NCBI GenBank assembly: GCA_035527835.1
Contig: DATKZS010000229.1
Coordinates: 1-43,073 of the forward strand
Origin: a bacterium
GTDB taxonomy: Bacteria; RBG-13-61-14; DATKZS01
Length of the DNA: 43,073 nucleotides
Direction: 5' to 3'
Part shown: positions 30,635 through 39,677 of the stretch, piece after piece
How the letters are laid out: every line of letters starts with the position of its first letter
Position numbering within the stretch: position 1 is the first letter of the stretch
The notes under the pieces: model-generated
Seen by the model: only the letters and a program-made list of their open reading frames with translations
Database searches by the model: none
Told to the model about the DNA's origin: nothing
Translations under genes and position numbers: made by a program

Positions 30635-32263
30635 ATGTCCGGAAAAAGGCAACTCCGATATATCTCATGCGCTCTTTTGCTGCTTGCTTGTCTTTTTATC
30701 ATCTCCTCATGCTGGCCCTTTCATCCGCCGCTTCCCGCGGCCGTGCCCGAAGAGGAGGTGAGCCTAGAGATAGATGCGTCGCGGGCGGCGGGGAAATACG
30801 GCCATGCCGTGAACCGCATCGTGGGCTCGCCGCACCTCGGGCTCTACGACCGGGCGGGATGGCAAGAGCGGCTGCTCGATCAGGTCCGGCGGGGCCACGA
30901 GGAGGCCGGGTTCGAGTTCCTGCGCGGCCACGGCGTGCTCGATGACGACGTTGGCGTTTACCAGGGTCCGGGCCGCTACGACTTCTCCCGGCTCGACCTG
31001 ATCCACGACCGCATCCTGGCCGCGGGGATGAGGCCGTTCGTCGAGCTTTCCTTCATGCCCGCGGCCCTGCGCAGCTCCGATAAAAAGGCCTTCCCCACCG
31101 GCTACAAGCCCTATGTGTCGCCGCCCCGGGATTACAACGAATGGCATGACCTGGTCCGCGCCTTTGTCGCGCACTGCGAAGAGCGTTATGGAAAGGACGA
31201 GGTGCATAAGTGGCGGTTCGAGGTCTGGAACGAGCCCAACCTCGGATTCTTCTGGGGCGGGACCATGGAGGACTACTGGAAGCTCTATGACGCCTCGGTC
31301 CGGGCCGTCAAGGAGGTTGACCCGGAGCTTAAGGTGGGCGGGCCCGCGTCGTCCGAGTTCGCCTGGATCCCGGAGATGATCGAACACGCGGGCAGCGCAT
31401 CGGTCCCGCTCGACTTCATCTCCACCCACTGCTACCCCAACAATTTTTACGACCGGAAATGGTACCGCCCTCACCTTGGCGAATGGCCCTGGCCCTTCGG
31501 TTTCCTGGTCCGCGACGCCCAGGACAAGATGAAATTGTTTGACCGGCCGCTCGAGCTGTGGATCACCGAGTGGAGCACCCACGTGTCGCCGTTCAACACC
31601 CGCTGGACGCCGGAGAACGACCACGAAACCGTAAACGGCGCCGCCATGATCTGCCAGACCGCCCATGACGTGAACGGCTTCTGCCAGGGCTTTTCCATCT
31701 GGATGATCTCCGACATCTTCGAGGAGATCGGGCTGCCCGGCCAGACCCGCTTGAACCGCCGCGAGTCCTTCCACGGCGGCTTCGGGCTGTTCAATATTGA
31801 CGGCGTGCCCAAGCCCACTTTCTGGGCCTTCACCCTGCTTCATCACCTGGACGACGAGCTGGTGGCCGCGGAGTTCGATCATCCGCCGCTCGGGGTGGGC
31901 GCGCTGGCCACCCGGTCGGAGCGGCGCATCTCGGTGCTCATCTGGAACTACCATCATCCGCTCTTCCCGGACCGCGCCCGCGACGTGTCGCTCGAGCTCG
32001 TGGTCCGGAACCTGCCGGCAGACCTGGCAAGTCCGGTCCGCAAGATCTACCGGATTGACCGCGGCCACGGCAATCCCCTCGCCGTCTGGAACTCGTGGGG
32101 CCGGCCCAAGCGCTTCAGCCCGGAGCAGCTTCGCGAGATCATCGCGCGGACCGACAACGTCCTGGCCGAATCCGCGCCCGTGGTTTTGCACGAAGGCGAG
32201 CTCAGGATGAAGATCGAGCTGCCGGTGGCGTCGGTGGTGCTGGTCGAGCTCACCGGACCGTGA
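30635..32263 (+). CDS. GH39-family glycoside hydrolase (beta-xylosidase-like), lipoprotein-type signal
   Basis: WRFEVWNEPNL matches the GH39 catalytic acid/base block. (beta/alpha)8-like N-terminal half plus C-terminal beta domain. 542 aa. Confidence 0.7.
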   Translation: MSGKRQLRYISCALLLLACLFIISSCWPFHPPLPAAVPEEEVSLEIDASRAAGKYGHAVNRIVGSPHLGLYDRAGWQERLLDQVRRGHEEAGFEFLRGHGVLDDDVGVYQGPGRYDFSRLDLIHDRILAAGMRPFVELSFMPAALRSSDKKAFPTGYKPYVSPPRDYNEWHDLVRAFVAHCEERYGKDEVHKWRFEVWNEPNLGFFWGGTMEDYWKLYDASVRAVKEVDPELKVGGPASSEFAWIPEMIEHAGSASVPLDFISTHCYPNNFYDRKWYRPHLGEWPWPFGFLVRDAQDKMKLFDRPLELWITEWSTHVSPFNTRWTPENDHETVNGAAMICQTAHDVNGFCQGFSIWMISDIFEEIGLPGQTRLNRRESFHGGFGLFNIDGVPKPTFWAFTLLHHLDDELVAAEFDHPPLGVGALATRSERRISVLIWNYHHPLFPDRARDVSLELVVRNLPADLASPVRKIYRIDRGHGNPLAVWNSWGRPKRFSPEQLREIIARTDNVLAESAPVVLHEGELRMKIELPVASVVLVELTGP

Positions 32264-32361
32264 ACCATGGCCGCGGACCGCCCGGAGCGGACAGTGGTAT
32301 AATATAGAGAAGCGTCCCGCATGTTGGTCAATTCCCGGGAAAGGATGGCGAGGTTTTCGTC

Positions 32362-33453
32362 ATGTCGAGAAAAAAACTGCTGGTAATCCTCTTGATCGCC
32401 GCGGCGGTGGTCATCGGCGTTGTGCTGCTTAGCCCGGACCTGGGCCTGGCCCGGGCGGGCGGGGGCGACCGCTTCCCGGGAGGCGGCGGCGGCGGCGGTG
32501 GAGGTGGCGGAGGCGGTGACGGTGACGGCATCGCCATTTTCTATATCATCTGGGCAATTTTCCGGCTGCTGCCGTTCCCGCTGAACGTGATCGTGATCGT
32601 GCTGGTCCTGGTGGGGGTGGGCCTGGCGAGGAGGAAGCGGAGGGGCGGGGGGAGCGCCGAGGTGTTCGTGCCGCAGGCCCAGCCGGTGATGCCCGCGCCG
32701 GTGATCACGCAGGACCTGGCCGGAGAGTTCGGCGAGCTCAAGGAGCGCGACCCGAACTTCAGCGAGCAGGCTTTCGAGGACATGGCGAGCACGGCCTTCT
32801 TCAAGATCCAGGAGGCGTGGAGCAAGAAGGACATGGCCATTGCGCGGTCGTTCGTATCGCCGTCGCTGCTCGGGCGGTTCGAGGCGCAGATCGCGGAGTT
32901 CAAGAAGCTGGGCCGGACCAACCACATGGAGCAGCTTACCATCGGGTCGCTGGACCTGGTGGAGGCCGTGCACGACGGCGGGTACGATTACGTGACCGTT
33001 CGCGTCTCCGCCGCGGCCGCGGACTACACGGTGGAAGACAAGAGCGGGCAGATCGTGGGCGGGCAAAAGGAGATCAAGCCGTTCACCGAGTACTGGACGT
33101 TCCTGCGCTCCGACCAGGTCAAGACCGACCCGGACAAGGATCTGATCGTCAGCAAGCACTGCCCCAACTGCGGCGCTCCGGCCTCGGTGAACGCCGTGGG
33201 CAAGTGCGACTACTGCGGCTCCGAGCTCACCTCCGGCCGGTTCTCCTGGGTGCTCAGCGAGATCACGCAGGGCTCGGCCTGGCGGCCCCGCGCCCGGGCG
33301 GCAAGGCCCGCCCGGATCTCGCCGCTCGCCGGGCAGCGCTACGTGCTCGGCCTGGTCCAGTGCCCCAACTGCGGCGCCAACGTCCAGGACATCGCCGGCG
33401 TCACCACCGAGAAATGCTGGCGCTGCGGGGGAGTGGTGCCGACGGAGAAATAA
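32362..33453 (+). CDS. Membrane protein: TM / poly-Gly / TM / Tim44-like domain / two C4 zinc ribbons
   Basis: Two hydrophobic helices flank a G13(DG)2 linker. The central region resembles bacterial Tim44-like (NTF2-fold) domains. The C-terminus has CPNCG...CDYCG and CPNCG...CWRCGG. Confidence 0.55.
   Translation: MSRKKLLVILLIAAAVVIGVVLLSPDLGLARAGGGDRFPGGGGGGGGGGGGGDGDGIAIFYIIWAIFRLLPFPLNVIVIVLVLVGVGLARRKRRGGGSAEVFVPQAQPVMPAPVITQDLAGEFGELKERDPNFSEQAFEDMASTAFFKIQEAWSKKDMAIARSFVSPSLLGRFEAQIAEFKKLGRTNHMEQLTIGSLDLVEAVHDGGYDYVTVRVSAAAADYTVEDKSGQIVGGQKEIKPFTEYWTFLRSDQVKTDPDKDLIVSKHCPNCGAPASVNAVGKCDYCGSELTSGRFSWVLSEITQGSAWRPRARAARPARISPLAGQRYVLGLVQCPNCGANVQDIAGVTTEKCWRCGGVVPTEK
32481..32529 (+). 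repeat. (GGC/GGT)n trinucleotide tract encoding poly-Gly; potential slippage-prone length-variable linker
   Basis: aggcggcggcggcggcggtggaggtggcggaggcggtgacggtgacggc. Confidence 0.5.
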
Positions 33454-33790
33454 GGGTATTGCGGCAAAGCCCTGGCCCGGGGCAAACGGTTTGGTTGATA
33501 ACTTCCTATCACAGCAGTTAAAAAACCGTCCAGGCAAGTCTGCCGGCGATTCGCGCCTGAAGCCTTCCCCCCTAACTCGCCTATAACTTTTCCATCCGAC
33601 TTGAATTTTAAATTTTCGTTATTACAGTTACCGCTACACGGGAACCGGGCGCTTTTTTAATCCGACCCAACTTTTTACACCACGGCAATGAGGATGAAAA
33701 AGTCTTGCTAGGCGAAAGGTTTCTTGGCCAGGGCGGATAGTTGGGCCAAGAATGGGGGCAACATCAAGCCAGAGAAGGAGGAATTCCAGG

Positions 33791-34879
33791 ATGAGGAAAA
33801 TATTTTTGTTATTGCCGGCGCTGTTGGTGGCGCTGGCGGCGGCGGGAGTTCAGGCCCAGACCCGGCATGACAGCGCTGTTTTCGTGGTGGACGTCTCCGG
33901 CACGGTAAGCGGCGGGGCCGAGGTGGCGGAGGCGGCGGGCATAGTCAAGGACATGAACTCGCGGTTTCCCTCTTACGTCAAGTCGGCGGGCCTGATGGTG
34001 TTCGGCAATCTGCACATTCCGCAACAGGAATGGCTTTATGGAGTAGGCAACTGGGACCGGGGCGGCCTTGACGCGGCCACGGGCAAGATCTCCATGGGCG
34101 GCGGCCCGACCCCCATCGGCGCGGCCATCGTTAGCGCCGGGGACGAGTTGAAAAAATCCCAAGGCAAGACGGCCCTCATCATCGTGAGCGACGGGCTGAA
34201 CACCGGCGCCACTGACCCGGTGGCCAAGGCCAAGGCGGTCAAGGACCAATACGGCGCGAACGTCTGTATCTTCACCATCCAGCTCGGCAATGACCCGAAG
34301 GGGGAGGCGTTGCTCGCATCACTGGTTCAGGCCGCGGGTTGCGGCAAGGCCTCGTCCGCATCGGCCCTGACATCGGCCGACGCTTCGCAGGCGCTGGTGG
34401 ATTATATCTTCCCTCCCGAAATCATAGCCCCTCCTCCCCCGCCGCCGGTGGTTGCTCCCAAGGACAGCGACGGCGATGGAGTGTATGACAACGCGGACCA
34501 GTGTCCGGGCACGCCGCGCGGAGCCAAGGTTGACGCCCGCGGCTGCTGGGTGCTCACGGACATCAAGTTCGACTCGAACAAGGCCGACATCAAGCCCGAA
34601 TACGTGGATGAGCTCGACAGCGCGATCAAGGTGCTCGAGGACAATCCCGACCTCAAGATCACGATCGAGGGCCACACTGACTCCGCGGGATCGGATGAAT
34701 CCAACCTCGAGCTGTCGAACCGGCGCGCGCAGGCGGTAATGGATTACATGGTCGGCAAAGGCATTGATGCCGGCCGGCTCACGGCCAAGGGCTATGGCGA
34801 ATCCAAGCCCATCGCTGACAACAACACGCCGCAGGGCATGGCGCAGAACCGGAGGATCGAGCTCAAGGTCGTCCAGTAA
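33791..34879 (+). CDS. Secreted vWA - thrombospondin type-3 - OmpA-like peptidoglycan-binding protein
   Basis: Signal peptide. vWA-like VFVVDVSGTVSG. DSDGDGVYDNADQCP TSP3 calcium-binding repeat. C-terminal OmpA motif TDSxGSDxxNLxLSxRRA. Start taken at the MRKIFLLL ATG (33791). Confidence 0.8.
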   Translation: MRKIFLLLPALLVALAAAGVQAQTRHDSAVFVVDVSGTVSGGAEVAEAAGIVKDMNSRFPSYVKSAGLMVFGNLHIPQQEWLYGVGNWDRGGLDAATGKISMGGGPTPIGAAIVSAGDELKKSQGKTALIIVSDGLNTGATDPVAKAKAVKDQYGANVCIFTIQLGNDPKGEALLASLVQAAGCGKASSASALTSADASQALVDYIFPPEIIAPPPPPPVVAPKDSDGDGVYDNADQCPGTPRGAKVDARGCWVLTDIKFDSNKADIKPEYVDELDSAIKVLEDNPDLKITIEGHTDSAGSDESNLELSNRRAQAVMDYMVGKGIDAGRLTAKGYGESKPIADNNTPQGMAQNRRIELKVVQ

Positions 34880-34902
34880 GCATTCATGGCTCCATTGACT
34901 GG

Positions 34903-34940
34903 GGCAAGGCGCGGCATGGTGGCCGCGCCTTGCCTTTATT
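34903..34940 (+). terminator. Rho-independent terminator after the OmpA-family gene
   Basis: 13-bp stem GGCAAGGCGCGGC/GCCGCGCCTTGCC with loop CATGGTG, then TTTATT. Confidence 0.6.
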
Positions 34941-34955
34941 CATTCCCCGGCCCCA

Positions 34956-34985
34956 TTGACCGCCCGGGCCAATCTTGGCTACAAT
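34956..34985 (+). promoter_or_regulatory. Strong sigma70-like promoter TTGACC-N18-TACAAT, followed by ~170-nt leader
   Basis: Near-consensus hexamers. First downstream ATG with a good RBS (GGGAGGT) is at 35162. Confidence 0.45.
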
Positions 34986-35161
34986 GCTCAATCATCTTTA
35001 GCACCCGGGCATGTGGAACGACTAGGCTTGGCATAAAAAGGGCACCGCTGCCATCACCGCTTGATTTTACAACTCGCCATTGAGCTATCTTTCCGGTTGT
35101 GCTAAGAATGATGCATGTGCCGGTTACAACCCGGCGGTACTCGGTAAGGGAGGTATCAGCA

Positions 35162-35704
35162 ATGAGCGATCAAGACGGATCGGGCAAGGTATCGGGGGCT
35201 TTCAAGGCCAAGAAGATGGTGGTGCAGACCTCGCTCCTGCTCTTAGGCGTAGCCTTTGAGCTGGTGTCCAAGCACTGCAAGGACATGCAGGACGAGCTCA
35301 GCGGCTGGGACGCGGGCCGGGTGCTGGCGCTGGGCGTTTTGCCGGACGGCCCGTTCATCGCGGTACGCAAGGAGCTGGACCACCTCGTGTACCTGGGCAA
35401 GGGCGACCATGGGGCCAGGATCAAGATTCTGTTCAAGAACATTGATGCGGCGCTGGTCATGCTCACCGGCCAGGTCGGGGCCCACACCGGGTTCGCCGAG
35501 CACCGCGCCATCGTGCACGGCAGCATCAATGAGGCCATGCAGGCCAACCGCGCCATGGCGCTCGTCACCAAGTTCCTCTTCCCCGGAATCTGGCTCAAGT
35601 ACATCACCAAGCGCCCGCCCAAGATGAGCCTTAGCGACTACAAGACCTATTTCCTGGTAACGGCGCTGATCGGGCCCACCCTGGCCTTGAACGCAACCAA
35701 ATGA
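35162..35704 (+). CDS. SCP2 (sterol carrier protein-2)-like lipid-binding domain protein
   Basis: C-terminal VMLTGQVGAHTGFAEHRAIVHGSINEAMQANRAMAL aligns with the SCP2 signature (L.GKLNPQ.AFM.GKLKIKGNM.LAMKL). The ORF track start at 35099 is replaced by the RBS-supported ATG. Confidence 0.45.
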   Translation: MSDQDGSGKVSGAFKAKKMVVQTSLLLLGVAFELVSKHCKDMQDELSGWDAGRVLALGVLPDGPFIAVRKELDHLVYLGKGDHGARIKILFKNIDAALVMLTGQVGAHTGFAEHRAIVHGSINEAMQANRAMALVTKFLFPGIWLKYITKRPPKMSLSDYKTYFLVTALIGPTLALNATK

Positions 35705-35720
35705 AAGAGAGGTGATCTAA

Positions 35721-36899
35721 ATGGTGTACGTACCTAAATATTACGAGTTCTTCTGTCCGGTCAAGATCGTGTCCGGCAACATGGCGCTCAAGAACCTGCC
35801 CTACGAAATGGACCAGCTCGGGGCCAAAAAGGCCATGGTGGTGACCGACCCCGGCGTGGCCGGCGCCGGGCTCATCAAGCTGGTGGAGGCCGCCTTCGAG
35901 GGATCGGGAGCACGGATCGGCGCCATCTTCGACCAGACGCCGCCCGACTCGTCCGACAAGATCTGCAGCCAGGTCGCCAAAATCTACAAGGACAAGGGCT
36001 GCGACTGCCTGGTCGCCGTGGGCGGAGGCTCGAGCATTGACACGGCCAAGGGCGCGAACATCATGATCACCGAGGGCGCCGAGGACCTCTTGAAGTTCCA
36101 GGGCGCCGAGCGCCTCAAGAAAAACGGCGTGCCCTTCATCGTCATCCCCACCACCGCGGGCACCGGCTCCGAGGCCACCTCCGCCGCCGTCATCACCAAC
36201 ACCGAGAAGGGCATCAAGATGTCCATCACCTCGTACAAGATCCTCCCCAACACCGCCATCCTCGACCCCAAGATGACGCTCACCATGCCGCCCAAGATCA
36301 CGGCGGCCACCGGCATGGACGCCCTCACCCACGCCATCGAGGCCTATTACTGCCTGCAAAAGAACCCGGTCTCCGACTCGTTCTCGCTCGCGGCCATTCG
36401 CCTCATCATGGACAACCTGGTGAAGTGCGTCTCGGACGGCAAGGACGAGACCGCGCGGCTCGCCATGGCCAACGCCGCGCTGCTCGCCGGCATCAGCTTC
36501 TCCAACTCCCTGGTCGGCGTGGTCCACGCGCTCGCCCACGCCACCGGCGGCGTGGCCCACGTGCCCCACGGCATAGCGAACGCCATCTACCTGCCCTGGG
36601 GCGTCGAGTACAACATCAAGAAGTCCGCCGAGTTCATCTCCGAGCTCGCGCCGCTCTTGGGCGCGTCCGCCTCCGGGAGCGCCGAGGAGCGCTCCAAGGC
36701 CGTGGTCAGCGCCATTCATGACCTCAACAAGAAACTCAACCAGCTCTCGGGCATGCCCATCAAGCTCCGCGATACCGGCGTCAAGGAAGACCAGCTCGAA
36801 GCCATCGCCAAGGTCGCACTCAACGACGGCACCATCGCCATGAACCCGGAGGAGGTGACGCAGGAGGACGCGCTGGGGCTGCTCAAGAAGGCGTATTGA
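35721..36899 (+). CDS. Iron-containing (group III) alcohol dehydrogenase
   Basis: GGGSSIDTAKG motif and conserved His ligands (HAIE, HALAHATGGVAHVPHG). 392 aa. Confidence 0.9.
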   Translation: MVYVPKYYEFFCPVKIVSGNMALKNLPYEMDQLGAKKAMVVTDPGVAGAGLIKLVEAAFEGSGARIGAIFDQTPPDSSDKICSQVAKIYKDKGCDCLVAVGGGSSIDTAKGANIMITEGAEDLLKFQGAERLKKNGVPFIVIPTTAGTGSEATSAAVITNTEKGIKMSITSYKILPNTAILDPKMTLTMPPKITAATGMDALTHAIEAYYCLQKNPVSDSFSLAAIRLIMDNLVKCVSDGKDETARLAMANAALLAGISFSNSLVGVVHALAHATGGVAHVPHGIANAIYLPWGVEYNIKKSAEFISELAPLLGASASGSAEERSKAVVSAIHDLNKKLNQLSGMPIKLRDTGVKEDQLEAIAKVALNDGTIAMNPEEVTQEDALGLLKKAY

Positions 36900-36957
36900 A
36901 CTCGCAATGTGATACAAAGCGAACTTTATATGAGTTGATCATTCAGGTAATGCCCCA

Positions 36958-37437
36958 ATGGCCATTATTGATGAAAAGACTAAAGGTTTACTCAAGCCAA
37001 CAATAGAAGTGCTTGGAGCATATAGACTTGCAATAACCGAATCATTGATCCAAGAGCAGACGGACATTCTATATGGATCGGATATCTCTAAAGCCGAGCG
37101 TATCCAAGCGGAAAAAATCTGCAAGGAACAACTGGAATCCGCGGTTCTGATCGAGGCCCTGGTAAACAATGTGGATGAGCGCTTTGATGCTGGTGATTTC
37201 GGCCAAGCGGATAGTGAGCAGGCGGCTTATGAGGAAACATATTTGACCGTTGACGGCAACAAAGTTATTTCCCAATATCAAAAGCCAGCCGATTTTAATT
37301 TTCGCATAGCATTTTTTATTCATTACTTTGATCATTCAAAAAAACTGAAAAGCAGCTATGGACCTCTTGAATGCCCTCCTGTAAAGGCCATGCCTGATAG
37401 GTTGAGCAAATTGGTTCCTTATGAACCTGTTGACTAA
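36958..37437 (+). CDS. Hypothetical protein encoded in a low-GC (~40%) islet
   Basis: 159-aa ORF with real-protein composition in a compositionally foreign ~600-bp patch. Own terminator downstream. Confidence 0.5.
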   Translation: MAIIDEKTKGLLKPTIEVLGAYRLAITESLIQEQTDILYGSDISKAERIQAEKICKEQLESAVLIEALVNNVDERFDAGDFGQADSEQAAYEETYLTVDGNKVISQYQKPADFNFRIAFFIHYFDHSKKLKSSYGPLECPPVKAMPDRLSKLVPYEPVD

Positions 37438-37465
37438 ATACGGTGAGATCATGAACTTATAGCGG

Positions 37466-37496
37466 GGCACAGGTTATAAACCTGTGCCACTTTTTC
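37466..37496 (+). terminator. Rho-independent terminator GGCACAGGTT-ataa-AACCTGTGCC + TTTTT
   Basis: Perfect 10-bp stem with T-run. Confidence 0.65.
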
Positions 37497-37512
37497 ACGA
37501 TGGAGATGCAAG

Positions 37513-39105
37513 ATGAAAATATTTTCCACTGCGGGCTTTATGATCCTGGTCCTGGCAATGGCCGGCGCCACTACTGGCGACGGCGCTAACCCGCCCGTTG
37601 GCTATCAATGGCTGAATGGCCTGGATTATTTGTGGCAATACTCCGGCGCTGTCCATACCGCCATGAGCTCTTCCACCGACCCCGCCGGCGGCAACATGGA
37701 CATGTCGCAGTTCCACGGCAAGTACCGCGGGGAGAAAATCCTGGCCAAGATTGACGGTCCCGGCTGCGTGTACCGGATCTGGTCGGCCGCGCCGAGCGGG
37801 ATCTTGAAGGTCTACCTCGACGGGTCCACCAAGCCCGCCATCAACTGCGGCTTCAAGAACTACCTGGAGGGCAAGTGCTCCGGCCTGCCCGCTGACTTCA
37901 CGCTCGGCCGCTGGGCCAACTACATGCCCATACCCTTTGCCAAATCCATCGTCATCACCGCGCCCGGCTTCACCTTCCCCGGCTATTACCAGGTGAGCTA
38001 TCAGACCTATGATCCATCGGTAAAGGTGGAGTCGTTTAAAAAGGAGGCGGCGCTTTCCTTCACCCCGCTGGAAAAAGCGCCGTCGGTTTTTCTGGGAGGA
38101 AAGCTGAACCAGGGCTGCGACGGCCTGGAGAGCGCGGAGGGCACGGCCGAGCTCGCGCCGGGCGCGGACGCGGTGGCGCTCGATCTCTCGGGCGCGGGCG
38201 TGATCCGGCGGCTTTCCGTGAAGAAGCCGGAGGGCGGCCAGGCGTCGCTCGAAGGGCTCAAGATCATGATGTACTGGGACGGGTCGGACGCGGCCGCGGT
38301 GGACGCTCCGCTGGACGCGTTTTTCGTGGACCGGTTCGAGCTCACGGACCAGTGGCCGGGCGGGTCGCTGGCCGGTATCTTCGTCACTGGAAGCGACGAG
38401 GGCAACGCGGCCTGGTTCCCGATGCCCTTCGCCTCCGGCGCCCGCGTCGCGATCATGAACCCCGGCGATACGCCCAGGAGCCTCAAGCTCCGCGCCTGTT
38501 ATGAAAAGCTCCCGGCGCTCCCGCCGTCCGCCCTGCGCTTTCACGCCGAGTACCGGGACAAGGACTACCCCTCCGACCTCTCGCCCGAGCGCACCATCAC
38601 CAGCAAAACCGTCATTGACCCAGCCACCAACTACGTGGTCCTGGAGCGCCAGGGCCGGGGCAATTACGTGGGCTGCGCCATCTTCGTGAAAAGCGTGGGC
38701 ACGGTCTGGTGGGGCGAGGGCGACGAGATGACGTACATTGACGGCGCCCGGGAGCCGCAGATCCGGGGCACGGGCACGGAGGACGAGCTCAACTGGTCGT
38801 GGGGCTTTAACCCGCACATGTCGCTGATCTCGGGCACGCTCCCGGTGGTGCCGGAGTGCAAGGAGTCCATCGCCGCGCAGCTCATCCCCCAGCTTCGAAA
38901 CCCCGAGTGCAACAAGCTCACCGGCGAAAACATCGCCTACCGCTTCCGGCCCTCCGACTACGTGCCTTTCGCCTCATCAATCAAGGTGAGCTATGAGCTG
39001 CTGGGCCAGTCCTGGGCCGCGCCCAACGGCCCCGTTAAGGGCAACCTCAGCCAGAACCGCGGAGACGACTACGCCAGCATGGCGTACTGGTACGAGGCGC
39101 CGTGA
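37513..39105 (+). CDS. Secreted hypothetical protein (signal peptide), 530 aa; likely beta-rich, possibly carbohydrate-active
   Basis: N-terminal signal peptide. Gly/Trp/Tyr-rich composition typical of beta-sandwich extracellular proteins. No motif confidently recognised. Confidence 0.6.
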   Translation: MKIFSTAGFMILVLAMAGATTGDGANPPVGYQWLNGLDYLWQYSGAVHTAMSSSTDPAGGNMDMSQFHGKYRGEKILAKIDGPGCVYRIWSAAPSGILKVYLDGSTKPAINCGFKNYLEGKCSGLPADFTLGRWANYMPIPFAKSIVITAPGFTFPGYYQVSYQTYDPSVKVESFKKEAALSFTPLEKAPSVFLGGKLNQGCDGLESAEGTAELAPGADAVALDLSGAGVIRRLSVKKPEGGQASLEGLKIMMYWDGSDAAAVDAPLDAFFVDRFELTDQWPGGSLAGIFVTGSDEGNAAWFPMPFASGARVAIMNPGDTPRSLKLRACYEKLPALPPSALRFHAEYRDKDYPSDLSPERTITSKTVIDPATNYVVLERQGRGNYVGCAIFVKSVGTVWWGEGDEMTYIDGAREPQIRGTGTEDELNWSWGFNPHMSLISGTLPVVPECKESIAAQLIPQLRNPECNKLTGENIAYRFRPSDYVPFASSIKVSYELLGQSWAAPNGPVKGNLSQNRGDDYASMAYWYEAP

Positions 39106-39118
39106 GGAATTATTTTTG

Positions 39119-39198
39119 CACGCAAAGGCGCAAAGACCGCAAAGAATTGAAAAATTTTTATTCTAAATTTCTGCTTTGCGGTCTTTGCGCCTTTGCGA
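39119..39198. repeat. Long hairpin of tandem 'cgcaaag' units (H7), a sequence variant of the gccaag class
   Basis: cgcaaaggcgcaaagaccgcaaagaa ... ttctgctttgcggtctttgcgcctttgcg. Sits between the convergent ends of the 37513 gene and the fmdB-like gene. Confidence 0.65.
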
Positions 39199-39219
39199 GA
39201 AATAAAATCTCCCATCCTC

Positions 39220-39531
39220 TTATTTCTTCCGCCTCGTCTTCCGCGGATAGGTTGACTCGTCGCCCAGATTGACCACGCGGCTCTCGCCGTCCCTGGCCGT
39301 CACGTTCTCGTAAACGCCCTTGTCCCGCCGCACCAGCTTGGTAAAGCCCTGGTTCTTCAACTCGGCGCTGGTTTTGGGGAAGGAGAGTTGCGGCGCCGAG
39401 ATCAGCCTTTTCACCGGAGCGCCGCAGCGCGGGCAGGCCGTGAGCGGCGCTTCGCTCATGGACTGCTCCCACTCGAACACCTTGCCCAGCTTGCAGGCCC
39501 GGTTTTCATGCTCGAACTCGTAAAGCGCCAT
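39220..39531 (-). CDS. FmdB-family putative regulatory zinc-ribbon protein
   Basis: MALYEFEHENRAC...CPRCG matches the MPxYEYxCxxCGxxFE...CPxCG FmdB pattern. Basic C-terminal tail. Confidence 0.5.
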   Translation of the reverse strand: MALYEFEHENRACKLGKVFEWEQSMSEAPLTACPRCGAPVKRLISAPQLSFPKTSAELKNQGFTKLVRRDKGVYENVTARDGESRVVNLGDESTYPRKTRRKK

Positions 39532-39590
39532 GTCCGGTCAATGCCTCCAATTATCTATTGTACCCCGGACCGGAAAAAATCATTAACGAG

Positions 39591-39667
39591 CGGTAGGACA
39601 GACATTCTTGTCTGTCCGGCGGTAGACAGGCAAGAATGTCGGGACAGACAAGAATGTCTGTCCTACC
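39591..39667. repeat. REP-like compound palindrome, copy E (AT-richer variant: three GACA-N-TGTC cores, GGTAG/CTACC brackets)
   Basis: ggtagGACAGACATTCTTGTCTGTCcggcggtagACAGGCAAGAATGTCGGGACAGACAAGAATGTCTGTCctacc. Confidence 0.55.
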
Positions 39668-39677
39668 CCGCCGGTCA

